DNA from: a virus | Lineage: Duplodnaviria > Heunggongvirae > Uroviricota > Caudoviricetes | Strand: one strand, 5' to 3' | Length of the DNA stretch: 7,338 bases | IMG/VR virus record: IMGVR_UViG_2711768040_000016 | In this document: positions 1 through 6,696 of the stretch, piece by piece | Numbering within the stretch: position 1 is the first letter of the stretch | Layout of the letters: every line of letters begins with the position of its first letter | Made by a program: the position numbers and the translations under genes | The notes under the pieces: model-generated | Databases searched by the model: none | Told to the model about the DNA's origin: nothing | Seen by the model: only the letters and a program-made list of their open reading frames with translations

Positions 1-219
1 TCACATCCACATAATTTGCTGCCCTGACGGCAACGGGTGCGGCCTTACGGCGTGGACTTCTCCCGGCTTCACGATGTATCTCTGTACCGACTCATAAGTG
101 ATGAACGTGGCGCTGCAATTCACGTTCTGACACTGGTGATAACGCTCTTTTGTCGTGTCAGTGATATAGCGACTTGTACGCGCATGTGCGGCATGCTGGC
201 ATAAAGGACAATGAAACAT
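1..219 (-). CDS. ogr: Ogr/Delta-family zinc-finger late transcription activator (72 aa)
   Basis: Minus-strand ORF with stop at 1..3. The track ORF 1..351 is 116 aa, but the last 72 aa starting at the ATG at 217..219 (MFHCPLCQHAAHARTSRYITDTTKERYHQCQNVNC...) carry the Cys-X2-Cys-X22-Cys-X4-Cys motif characteristic of P2 Ogr. Position directly downstream of gene D matches P2 gene order. Start chosen by length match to the 72-aa Ogr family and by the candidate promoter at 254..282, which lies inside the longer ORF. Confidence 0.88.
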   Translation of the reverse strand: MFHCPLCQHAAHARTSRYITDTTKERYHQCQNVNCSATFITYESVQRYIVKPGEVHAVRPHPLPSGQQIMWM

Positions 220-253
220 CGCGAGCACCTCTTCCGGTTTTGTTGATGTTGCC

Positions 254-282
254 ATTTTAGTTAATTTATCCTTACAAAACAA
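254..282 (-). promoter_or_regulatory. Candidate sigma70 promoter for ogr (-35 TTGTTT, 17-bp spacer, -10 TAAAAT on minus strand)
   Basis: Read on the minus strand, the D-ogr intergenic region contains TTGTTT (+ coords 277..282), a 17-nt spacer, then TAAAAT (+ coords 254..259), about 35 nt upstream of the ogr ATG. GGAAGAGG lies 8 nt upstream of the ATG as a ribosome-binding site. P2 ogr is known to have its own promoter. Hexamers were identified by eye and not scored. Confidence 0.3.
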
Positions 283-301
283 ACAGATAAAATAAAATAC
301 A

Positions 302-1465
302 TCACTCATCATCTTCTGTTTCGTACTCCACATCAGAAAGCCTGACCTCAAGCTCCAGGGACGTCGTGAAGCCGCTGTTATTCAGAAAATGTGTCACCTT
401 AGTGATTGTCCAGTCCTGCTCGTCTATGACGCGCTTAAAGCCTGACACTTTAACCGGTGTTTCCGTGTAAATATCTGCCCGACCAGTAGCCAGGCTGATG
501 GAGAACTCCGCTACACCCCGTTGCAGCTTATCCCACTTCGCCTGAGCGGCGCGCATTGCCTGCGCTTTCGTGGCATATACCGTGGTCAGGGCAAAAACGT
601 TGTCAGCCTCACCGGCCATGTATTCACCTTCCCGCGCTTCCGGTACTTTTGGCGCTTTCTTCTGCGTGACCGGTTTCGCTTTGGGGTGCTCCAGTGCGCG
701 CAGGTGTTTCTCTTTCTTTTTGCGTTTCAGTTTTACCTTCTGCTTTTGCGGCTTCGGGTCTTTGGTGTGTAGCCACTTTGCCGTTACGCCGGTGTAGGCT
801 CCACGGTCAGCAATCGCAAAATGGTGACGGTCACCATCGCTGCGGGTGATGGTAATCTGCGGGATTTTTTTACCGCTGGCCGTCACCCCCTGCCCCGCTT
901 TGAGAAACAACAGTTTTCCCATTTTTACCGACACCTCACCGCCGTTGCGTTCTGCAAGACGGGTCAGGAATTTCGCATCAGACTCCTGCGACTGGTCGAT
1001 GTGCGGGATTTTAATTCCTGCCAGTGACGGCGCGACACTGGCTTCCAGCCTGTTACGGGAGGCTATCGCCTCAACAATTGCACCGAGCGTGGTGTCATGC
1101 CAGGAGCCTTCACGGCGGGAATTGAGCGTCCCGCGAAAATCTGCACTCCGGGCGTGGATGGTGACCACATCCGGTGCGCCCCGGTGTTCAACCTCATCAA
1201 CGGTAAATTTCCCTTTGCATACCAGGGCAAAACCTTTCCAGCCGATATACACCGTCAGGACAGCGCCACGAACCGGCAGTCCGACCTGCCCGTCGGCATC
1301 GTTCAGTTCAATATCAAGCTGGTCAGCCTCAAAGCCCCGGTTATCCGTCAGGGTCATGCTCATCAGACGGTCGCTGATATTGCCGGTAATATCCCTGCTG
1401 TCGAGCATCAGCATGTAATCCGGCGTCAGCGTACTGCCTGCATCAAATGTCAGCGCATCCAGCAT
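302..1465 (-). CDS. D: Tail/baseplate hub protein D (Phage_GPD family, gp27/VgrG-N-like), 387 aa
   Basis: 387-aa minus-strand ORF starting MLDALTFDAGSTLTPDYMLMLDSR. Its length and position (after U, before ogr) match P2 gpD. The start ATG at 1463..1465 overlaps the U stop as TAATG, indicating translational coupling. Confidence 0.93.
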   Translation of the reverse strand: MLDALTFDAGSTLTPDYMLMLDSRDITGNISDRLMSMTLTDNRGFEADQLDIELNDADGQVGLPVRGAVLTVYIGWKGFALVCKGKFTVDEVEHRGAPDVVTIHARSADFRGTLNSRREGSWHDTTLGAIVEAIASRNRLEASVAPSLAGIKIPHIDQSQESDAKFLTRLAERNGGEVSVKMGKLLFLKAGQGVTASGKKIPQITITRSDGDRHHFAIADRGAYTGVTAKWLHTKDPKPQKQKVKLKRKKKEKHLRALEHPKAKPVTQKKAPKVPEAREGEYMAGEADNVFALTTVYATKAQAMRAAQAKWDKLQRGVAEFSISLATGRADIYTETPVKVSGFKRVIDEQDWTITKVTHFLNNSGFTTSLELEVRLSDVEYETEDDE

Positions 1466-1944
1466 TATCCCGCCTCCGTCATACCTGTGAATCTGGTCGC
1501 CATACTGCCGGCCTTACCGATGAGCGACTCCGCCTGTTTACCGATATCGCCATAAAGCGCGGCCAGTGATTCATCAACGCGGGTGAGCGACAGCGTAAAA
1601 TCAATTTTCCGGGGTGTGCCGTCTGCAAAGAAAATACTCCCTGTTTCACTCACCTTACTGATGACATACATGCCGTAAATCATGCCGGTGCCATCCAGCA
1701 ACGGCCACGCCCGACCTTCCTCTGCCATCAGCCTGAGCGTGGTCATCGTCAGCTTGCCGCCGGTCAGTTCGGGATAAAGCACACCGGCCAGCGTGATGTT
1801 TTCCTCACCCACACCGAGAAATTGAAAGGCATCCCGTTTGCCGATACGGGAATTTGACGGCCAGCGATAATCTGATTCACGCTGCATGGTCTGGTGTGGC
1901 AGCGTCTGGCGCATAAAAACAAACATACCTAACGCGAGCATCAT
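1465..1944 (-). CDS. U: Tail protein U (P2 gpU family), 159 aa
   Basis: 159-aa minus-strand ORF (MMLALGMFVFMRQTLPHQ...) with the length and position of P2 gpU. A strong ribosome-binding site AAGGAGGTGA lies 8 nt upstream of the ATG and overlaps the T stop codon (TAA at 1959..1961). Confidence 0.93.
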   Translation of the reverse strand: MMLALGMFVFMRQTLPHQTMQRESDYRWPSNSRIGKRDAFQFLGVGEENITLAGVLYPELTGGKLTMTTLRLMAEEGRAWPLLDGTGMIYGMYVISKVSETGSIFFADGTPRKIDFTLSLTRVDESLAALYGDIGKQAESLIGKAGSMATRFTGMTEAG

Positions 1945-1958
1945 TTTTCGTCACCTCC

Positions 1959-4406
1959 TTAACCGTCATGCATCATGCTGGCACGGGCGCGCGCACGTTT
2001 ATCCCGCTCGTATTTTTCGAGCGCATCCTGTAACTGGCGGTCAAGCTGTGTCCCCGGCGCAGTACCACCCGTCAGGCTGATGTGATATTCGTTTTTACTC
2101 TGGTCCACATAAGAGCGGCCAGCCGGTGCCGTGACCGGCTGATAAGCCTGATAGCCTGCATAAGAGCTGGTCGCCGGAATATAACCACCGCTGCCATACG
2201 TGGCGACTTGAGTTCTGGCGGCGGTCTGGTCAAGTGTGTCTGACTCTTTGTTGATAACACCGAGTTTTTCCAGTACCCAGTCAATACCGCTGCGCAGTTT
2301 GTTGAACGCATTAAGCGGCAGCATCAGCGCGTCAGCCAGTGCCTGCCCGAACATGACGCCCGTGTCACGGCAACGGTTCAGGGTGTCCTGGGTGGCTTTA
2401 ACCGGGTCAATCAGGTTTTTAAACCACTGCCACGCGGCCTGTAACTTTTCGCCCAGCCAGTCAAACAGCGGCTTAAGTGGCGTGAACAGTTCCCCCACCG
2501 GCGCAAATGCTGCTTTCAGCCCTTCAACCACACCGCCAAAGAATGCGCTGACAGGCTCCCAGTATTTACGGATAAGCAACGCCCCGGCGACAATGGCGGC
2601 CACCACGGCCACAACCGGCCAGCTAATCGCCCCGATGGCCGTCATAACGGCACTGCCAACCGTCGTGAAGATTGCCCCCATTGCGCCTGCTGCCGCGATA
2701 ATGGCATTGATGCCGGTGATAACCGGCCAGGCTACAAGACCAATGGCACCGATGATGCCAGTAAGCGCCAGTGCGCCACCGACAATGAGGCCGATGGTTG
2801 ACGCCAGTGATTTGTTTTTCTTGATCCAGCCGTCTAGTTTTAACACATACTTTGTGGCCGTCTGCGTGAGATTACGCAGTGCGCCTTCCTGCTGGTCAAA
2901 CAGGTCAGTCCCCACTGCCTCATAAGCGGACTGAAACTCCTTAAAGTCACCGCCGAGGTTGTCCTGCATGATATTTACCAGCTCGGCGGTCTTCCCGTCT
3001 GAGGCTTTAAACGCAACGGTCAGTTTGTCCAGCTTTCCGGTTGAGGCGGCAGTCATCAGCACGGCAGCGGCTGAGCTGGCCTCCTCCCCGAAAATAGTTT
3101 TCATGTATTCAGCCTGCTGGGCAGTACCGAGCCGGTTTTTCTCAAAACTGGCCTGCATTTCTTTCAGAATGGTAAATATTGGCCGGGTGTTTCCCTTGCT
3201 GTCTGAGGTTTTCACTCCAAGCTCTTTGAGTGCATCCCATGCTTTTCCCGTCGGTGCCTGCAGGCGGCTTAACACGGCACGGCTTCCCGTCCCCGCCATT
3301 GAACCGGTAATTTTTGCATCATGCAGCGCCCCGACCATTGCGGCGGTTTCTTCAATGCTGACACCGGCATTTTTTGCCACAGGTGCGGCATAGGTCAGCG
3401 CATCGCTCATGCCGTCAAAATCGGCGGCGGTTTTGTTCATCGTCATGGAGAGAACATCCCCGATATGAGCGACCTTATCGTTTGAAAGCTGAAAGGCGGA
3501 TTTCATCCCCATCAGCAGGGCGGCGTTTTCTTCCATCGTGCGGCGGTTCGCCAGCGCCATATTCAGCGTGACCGGCGTTGCCGCCTGAATGGCATCAACA
3601 TCCCCACCCGCTTTCGCGATGATTATCTGTGCACCGGCCGCATCATCCGCCGAGGCGGCGGTATTATCGCCGAGCTGGCGCGCCTGTTTGCGTAGTGCGG
3701 TCATTTCGGCGGAGTCTTTTGCCACTCCGAGCACGGCCTGCAATTCTGAGTTTTTCTGCGCAAACTCATAACCGGGCATCAGCAGCTTAACTCCGGCCAT
3801 CGTTCCCGCAGCAGCAATCCCCACACCAGCAGCGCCCACTGAGGCCATGTTTCCGGCCAGTTCCTTTCCGGCCTGATAACGCTGTTTTACTGCATTAAGT
3901 TTTGCCTGTTGCGCACTGACACGCGCCAGCGCGTCACGCTGCCGGTTAAGCTGTGCGGTGGTTTCACTGATACGGTTTTTCAGCCCCAGCTCATCATGTG
4001 CAAGATTGCGGGTATTAATTCCCACAGCGGCCAGTTCCCGCTGCTGGCGTTTAACGGAATCTGTCAGGCGGTTATATTTCGCCTGTAAGTCCTCCGCCGC
4101 ACGCTTTGCGGATTCCAGCACTTTCGCCTGAGCACGGGTCGGACGTTCGGTGTTTTTAAACTGTGTGGCAAGGGCTTCGGCCTCCTGCCGTGCCTTTTCA
4201 AGTGCATGACCAGTCACGGCGAGCTGTGCACTGGTCTTGCGGAATCCCTCAATACGGGATGCCTGACCGTTCAGCTCGCGCAGTGATTTTTGTGTTTCCC
4301 GGATATCCCCCGACAGCGATTTGCTCGCTGTGCGGATGGATTTAAACGGGCGGGATGCCTGGTCAACAGCCCTGAGCAATACCTGTAATTTTACATTGTT
4401 ACTCAT
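1959..4406 (-). CDS. T: Tail tape-measure protein T, 815 aa
   Basis: 815-aa minus-strand ORF, the length of P2 gpT. The N-terminal third is Q/A/R/L-rich and coiled-coil-like. A long Gly/Ala/Ile-rich hydrophobic segment (LASTIGLIVGGALALTGIIGAIGLVAWPVITGINAIIAAAGAMGAIF...) sits at roughly nt 2575..2830, as is typical of tape-measure proteins. The start ATG at 4404..4406 overlaps the E' stop as ATGAGTAA, and the first codons decode to MSNNVK. Confidence 0.95.
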   Translation of the reverse strand: MSNNVKLQVLLRAVDQASRPFKSIRTASKSLSGDIRETQKSLRELNGQASRIEGFRKTSAQLAVTGHALEKARQEAEALATQFKNTERPTRAQAKVLESAKRAAEDLQAKYNRLTDSVKRQQRELAAVGINTRNLAHDELGLKNRISETTAQLNRQRDALARVSAQQAKLNAVKQRYQAGKELAGNMASVGAAGVGIAAAGTMAGVKLLMPGYEFAQKNSELQAVLGVAKDSAEMTALRKQARQLGDNTAASADDAAGAQIIIAKAGGDVDAIQAATPVTLNMALANRRTMEENAALLMGMKSAFQLSNDKVAHIGDVLSMTMNKTAADFDGMSDALTYAAPVAKNAGVSIEETAAMVGALHDAKITGSMAGTGSRAVLSRLQAPTGKAWDALKELGVKTSDSKGNTRPIFTILKEMQASFEKNRLGTAQQAEYMKTIFGEEASSAAAVLMTAASTGKLDKLTVAFKASDGKTAELVNIMQDNLGGDFKEFQSAYEAVGTDLFDQQEGALRNLTQTATKYVLKLDGWIKKNKSLASTIGLIVGGALALTGIIGAIGLVAWPVITGINAIIAAAGAMGAIFTTVGSAVMTAIGAISWPVVAVVAAIVAGALLIRKYWEPVSAFFGGVVEGLKAAFAPVGELFTPLKPLFDWLGEKLQAAWQWFKNLIDPVKATQDTLNRCRDTGVMFGQALADALMLPLNAFNKLRSGIDWVLEKLGVINKESDTLDQTAARTQVATYGSGGYIPATSSYAGYQAYQPVTAPAGRSYVDQSKNEYHISLTGGTAPGTQLDRQLQDALEKYERDKRARARASMMHDG

Positions 4407-4826
4407 TCGTGTTTCCGCTTCGCCGGAGCGCCTTTTCGCGCCATGTGATGAGTTCGGTCAGGCTCATGGGATACAGTTCTGATGGCGGCCAGTGAAATAT
4501 CACTGCCACATCCGCCATCAGGTCATCGACCGAGAGATTTTTCGGAAACGTCACTGCACCGAGTTCGGCGACAAAAAACCGACCACCTTACCGGCCAGCG
4601 CCACAAGGTCAGGCAGTTCCAGCGCGGCGACTTCCTGCTCGGTCAGCATCGGTGCCGTCATGCGCGGCAGCACCTTAATCAGTGCATCGACTTCGGAGTT
4701 TGCAACCGCAGCCAGACTGACACCGCGTAGCGTCCCGGCATTGGGTTTCATCAGCGTGACCTGTTCGATAACCTGCTCACCACGTTTGACCGGATTGTCC
4801 AGGGTAATGACATTTTCTTTGTTCAT
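4399..4826 (-). CDS. E': Tail assembly chaperone E+E' fusion made by -1 programmed ribosomal frameshift, about 142 aa
   Basis: After the slippery site at 4572..4578, the -1 frame stays open for 57 codons (VAELGAVTFPKNLSVDDLMADVAVIFHWPPSELYPMSLTELITWREKALRRSGNTNE), decoded by hand, and ends at TAA 4399..4401, overlapping the T start. 85 + 57 = 142 aa, the size of P2 E+E'. The arrangement is analogous to lambda G/GT. Confidence 0.8.
4551..4826 (-). CDS. E: Tail assembly chaperone E (zero-frame product), 91 aa
   Basis: 91-aa minus-strand ORF (MNKENVITLDNPVKRGEQVIEQ...GKVVGFLSPNSVQ) matching the size and position of P2 gpE, between FII and T. It contains the slippery heptamer near its 3' end. 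Confidence 0.9.
   Translation of the reverse strand: MNKENVITLDNPVKRGEQVIEQVTLMKPNAGTLRGVSLAAVANSEVDALIKVLPRMTAPMLTEQEVAALELPDLVALAGKVVGFLSPNSVQ
4572..4578 (-). other. Slippery heptamer T_TTT_TTG for the E/E' -1 frameshift
   Basis: Minus-strand sequence GGT TTT TTG in the E zero frame (codons Gly-Phe-Leu); the + strand shows caaaaaa at 4572..4578. This fits the X_XXY_YYZ pattern and matches the slippery sequence described for the P2 FETUD operon. Confidence 0.75.
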
Positions 4827-4854
4827 GGTTTTCTCACTTCTGAATCAGGGTTAA

Positions 4855-4875
4855 CCGGCCAGCCAGGCTGACCGG
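4855..4875 (-). other. GC-rich inverted repeat (potential RNA stem-loop) in the FII-E intergenic region
   Basis: Minus-strand CCGGUCAGCC-U-GGCUGGCCGG can form a stem of about 8 bp (one G-U pair) with a roughly 5-nt loop. It is not followed by a U-tract, so it is not a canonical intrinsic terminator. Judged by eye, no energy calculation. Confidence 0.25.
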
Positions 4876-4882
4876 ATGAAAA

Positions 4883-5401
4883 TCACAGGCCGATATTTCG
4901 GCGGTGTTGCTCCAGCCGGTCGACGCCGTTCACCTTCTCAATCATGTTGATGGTGTCGATTTCGACCAGCTCCTTGCCGTCCATCGTCAGCCGGAAATAG
5001 GTGCAGACCACGGAGATTTTCGACTCGGTGTCTTCTCCCTGTTTACCCTCGCCGGTGTCGATTTCTTTCTGACGTCCACGCATGACCACTTCGACGGCCA
5101 CCGTTTCGCCGGTATCGTCGCGCTGGTAAGAGCCTGCAAAACGAATCGGCACGGCATCCACACCAGTTGCGGCGTAAAGCTCCCAGATAACCGAATCCGG
5201 GAAGCCACCGAGCGACCACTCCATTGACAGCGCATCGTCATCAAGGCCGAGGTCTACCGGTGCGCTGCCGTTCATCCCCGCACCGCGATAGTTTTCGAGC
5301 TTACGGGTCAGTTTTGGCAGCGTGACGGACTTTGCAACGCCCTGATAGCTGTAGCCGTTCAGAAAGACGTTCATTAACTTGAGTTTGCGCGGCATTGCCA
5401 T
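4883..5401 (-). CDS. FII: Tail tube protein FII, 172 aa
   Basis: 172-aa minus-strand ORF (MAMPRKLKLMNVFLNGYSYQGVAKSV...) with the length and position of P2 gpFII. Ribosome-binding site AAGGAG lies 8 nt upstream and overlaps the FI stop codon. Confidence 0.94.
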   Translation of the reverse strand: MAMPRKLKLMNVFLNGYSYQGVAKSVTLPKLTRKLENYRGAGMNGSAPVDLGLDDDALSMEWSLGGFPDSVIWELYAATGVDAVPIRFAGSYQRDDTGETVAVEVVMRGRQKEIDTGEGKQGEDTESKISVVCTYFRLTMDGKELVEIDTINMIEKVNGVDRLEQHRRNIGL

Positions 5402-5413
5402 CGGTCAGGCTCC

Positions 5414-6604
5414 TTAATTGCTGTTAACCGAGGTGACCAGATTTGCCAGGTATTTATCGGTAATACGCTGGCGCAGGGTCAGGTTTTCGAGAGGAGGCAC
5501 CGGGGTATAGTCATAGTCGATATACAGTTTTCCGGCCTTGAGGGTTTCCGCATCGTTGGATTCTTCGCTGAACCAGCAGGTCGCATCCACGATATAGCCG
5601 TTTGTTTTCAGCTCACGGAATTTGGCATTGATGCCGTCAACGATGTCGCGAATCAGCGTTGCGGTGATGGGCTTGTCCACCGCCCACATGTGCGCCTCAG
5701 CCATCGTGTCGGCCAGCACCTGCGCGGTGCGGGTGTAGTTTTCAAAGAGGAACAGCGGGTCATCAGAGCAGGTACGGTTACCCCAGAAGCGGAAACCGTC
5801 GCGGCGAATCAGTGTAGTGACGCCTGACTCATTAAGCAGGTCAGCATCGGTGCCGGACTCCTGCAAATCCCAGAATACAGAGGCGCTGATGCCGGTAACA
5901 CCGTTCACCCCGACATTGGATAGCGTTTTATGCCAGCCCTGCTCCTGGTCAATTCTGGCACGCAGACCCAGCGCACGGGCGGTGGCATACGCGGTGGCGG
6001 TAGTACTGGTGACCGTATCCCATGCGAGGAAATCCGGCCAGATGACCATCAGCTCACGCTGGCTGAAATTCTGACGGTAGGCTTTCACCTCGGAAATGGT
6101 TTTACAGTCCCATGCGCTGATATACCCGAAAGCGCGCAGCTTCTGACAGACGGATGCCAGTGCAACAGCCACCTCTTTGGTGTCCAGTCCCGGCACACCG
6201 AGAATACGCGGTTTAACACCGGTTACCGACTCCGCCGCCAGCAGGGCTTTCAGTCCGGTGTACTGACCATTTTCGTCGGTGGTGCCGATGATATTGGAAA
6301 CGGTCTGCGCGAGTTTCGTTTCTTCGTCGTCGCCGGTGCCGTCTTCCACACGCACGACAACGGTGACCGGTTTTGACTGGTCGGCGATGGCCTGCAACGA
6401 TGCCGCCAGCGTGCCTTTTTTACCGGCCTTTGCAATTGCGCTCTGCACATTGGTAATCAGCACCGGTTTATTGAGGGGGAAGATTTCCGCATCCGCATCG
6501 CTGGCCGTGCAGACCATGCCGACAATGGCAGTGGATACGGTGGAAATGACGCGGGTGCCGTCGTTAATCTCCAGCACCTGCACGCCGTGATGATAGTCAC
6601 TCAT
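5414..6604 (-). CDS. FI: Contractile tail sheath protein FI, 396 aa
   Basis: 396-aa minus-strand ORF (MSDYHHGVQVLEINDGTRVISTVS...) with the length and position of P2 gpFI, first gene of the FI-FII-E-T-U-D operon. Ribosome-binding site GGAG lies 8 nt upstream of the ATG at 6602..6604. Confidence 0.94.
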   Translation of the reverse strand: MSDYHHGVQVLEINDGTRVISTVSTAIVGMVCTASDADAEIFPLNKPVLITNVQSAIAKAGKKGTLAASLQAIADQSKPVTVVVRVEDGTGDDEETKLAQTVSNIIGTTDENGQYTGLKALLAAESVTGVKPRILGVPGLDTKEVAVALASVCQKLRAFGYISAWDCKTISEVKAYRQNFSQRELMVIWPDFLAWDTVTSTTATAYATARALGLRARIDQEQGWHKTLSNVGVNGVTGISASVFWDLQESGTDADLLNESGVTTLIRRDGFRFWGNRTCSDDPLFLFENYTRTAQVLADTMAEAHMWAVDKPITATLIRDIVDGINAKFRELKTNGYIVDATCWFSEESNDAETLKAGKLYIDYDYTPVPPLENLTLRQRITDKYLANLVTSVNSN

Positions 6605-6628
6605 CCGTTTAACTCCGTGGTTAATGGG

Positions 6629-6696
6629 TGAGTGGTATTTTCAGTTGTGCCGGAGATGTCAGGCTATTTGTCCCGGTTGGCTAAGGGATGACACAA
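6629..6696 (-). promoter_or_regulatory. Candidate Ogr-dependent late promoter for the FI operon (imperfect TGT-N12-ACA-type dyad)
   Basis: P2 late promoters carry a TGT-N12-ACA dyad centred near -55. No exact match occurs upstream of FI. The nearest is TGT-N12-CCA on the minus strand (+ coords 6678..6695), about 55 bp upstream of a weak AAAATA -10-like element (+ 6636..6641). If real, it overlaps the 3' end of the invertase gene. Weak evidence. Confidence 0.18.

Noticed and set aside
1-351. 116-aa minus-strand ORF extending ogr at its N-terminus
   Set aside because: Ogr-family proteins are about 72 aa and the zinc-finger motif begins at the internal ATG at 217..219. The extension would run through the candidate ogr promoter and abut the D stop codon. 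It is treated as a spurious upstream extension.
521-1555. Plus-strand ORFs 521..772, 570..797, 821..1027, 846..1418 and 1097..1555
   Set aside because: They lie antisense to gene D (and to the start of U), have low-complexity Arg/Ser/Pro/Cys-rich translations typical of shadow frames in GC-rich coding DNA, and show no recognisable family features.
1886-4345. Plus-strand ORFs 1886..2080, 2236..2925, 2959..3393, 3374..3571, 3589..3771, 4163..4345 and minus-strand ORF 2072..2311
   Set aside because: All are antisense or alternate-frame ORFs inside or abutting the 815-aa tape-measure gene, whose frame is continuous and strongly supported. The Ala/Thr/Pro-rich translations are mirror images of the Gly/Ala-rich T sequence.
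4482-4854. Plus-strand ORFs 4482..4730 and 4492..4854 (120 aa)
   Set aside because: They are antisense to E and E'. The minus strand here encodes the E/E' chaperones with a recognisable slippery site.
4904-5244. ORFs 4904..5227 (+) and 4987..5244 (-) inside FII
   Set aside because: These are alternate-frame or antisense ORFs within the tail tube gene, with no independent start signals.
5817-6590. ORFs 5817..6074 (+), 5930..6376 (+), 6279..6590 (+) and 6250..6450 (-) inside FI
   Set aside because: These are shadow ORFs within the tail sheath gene. Their translations are Arg/Gly/Ser-rich and low in complexity.
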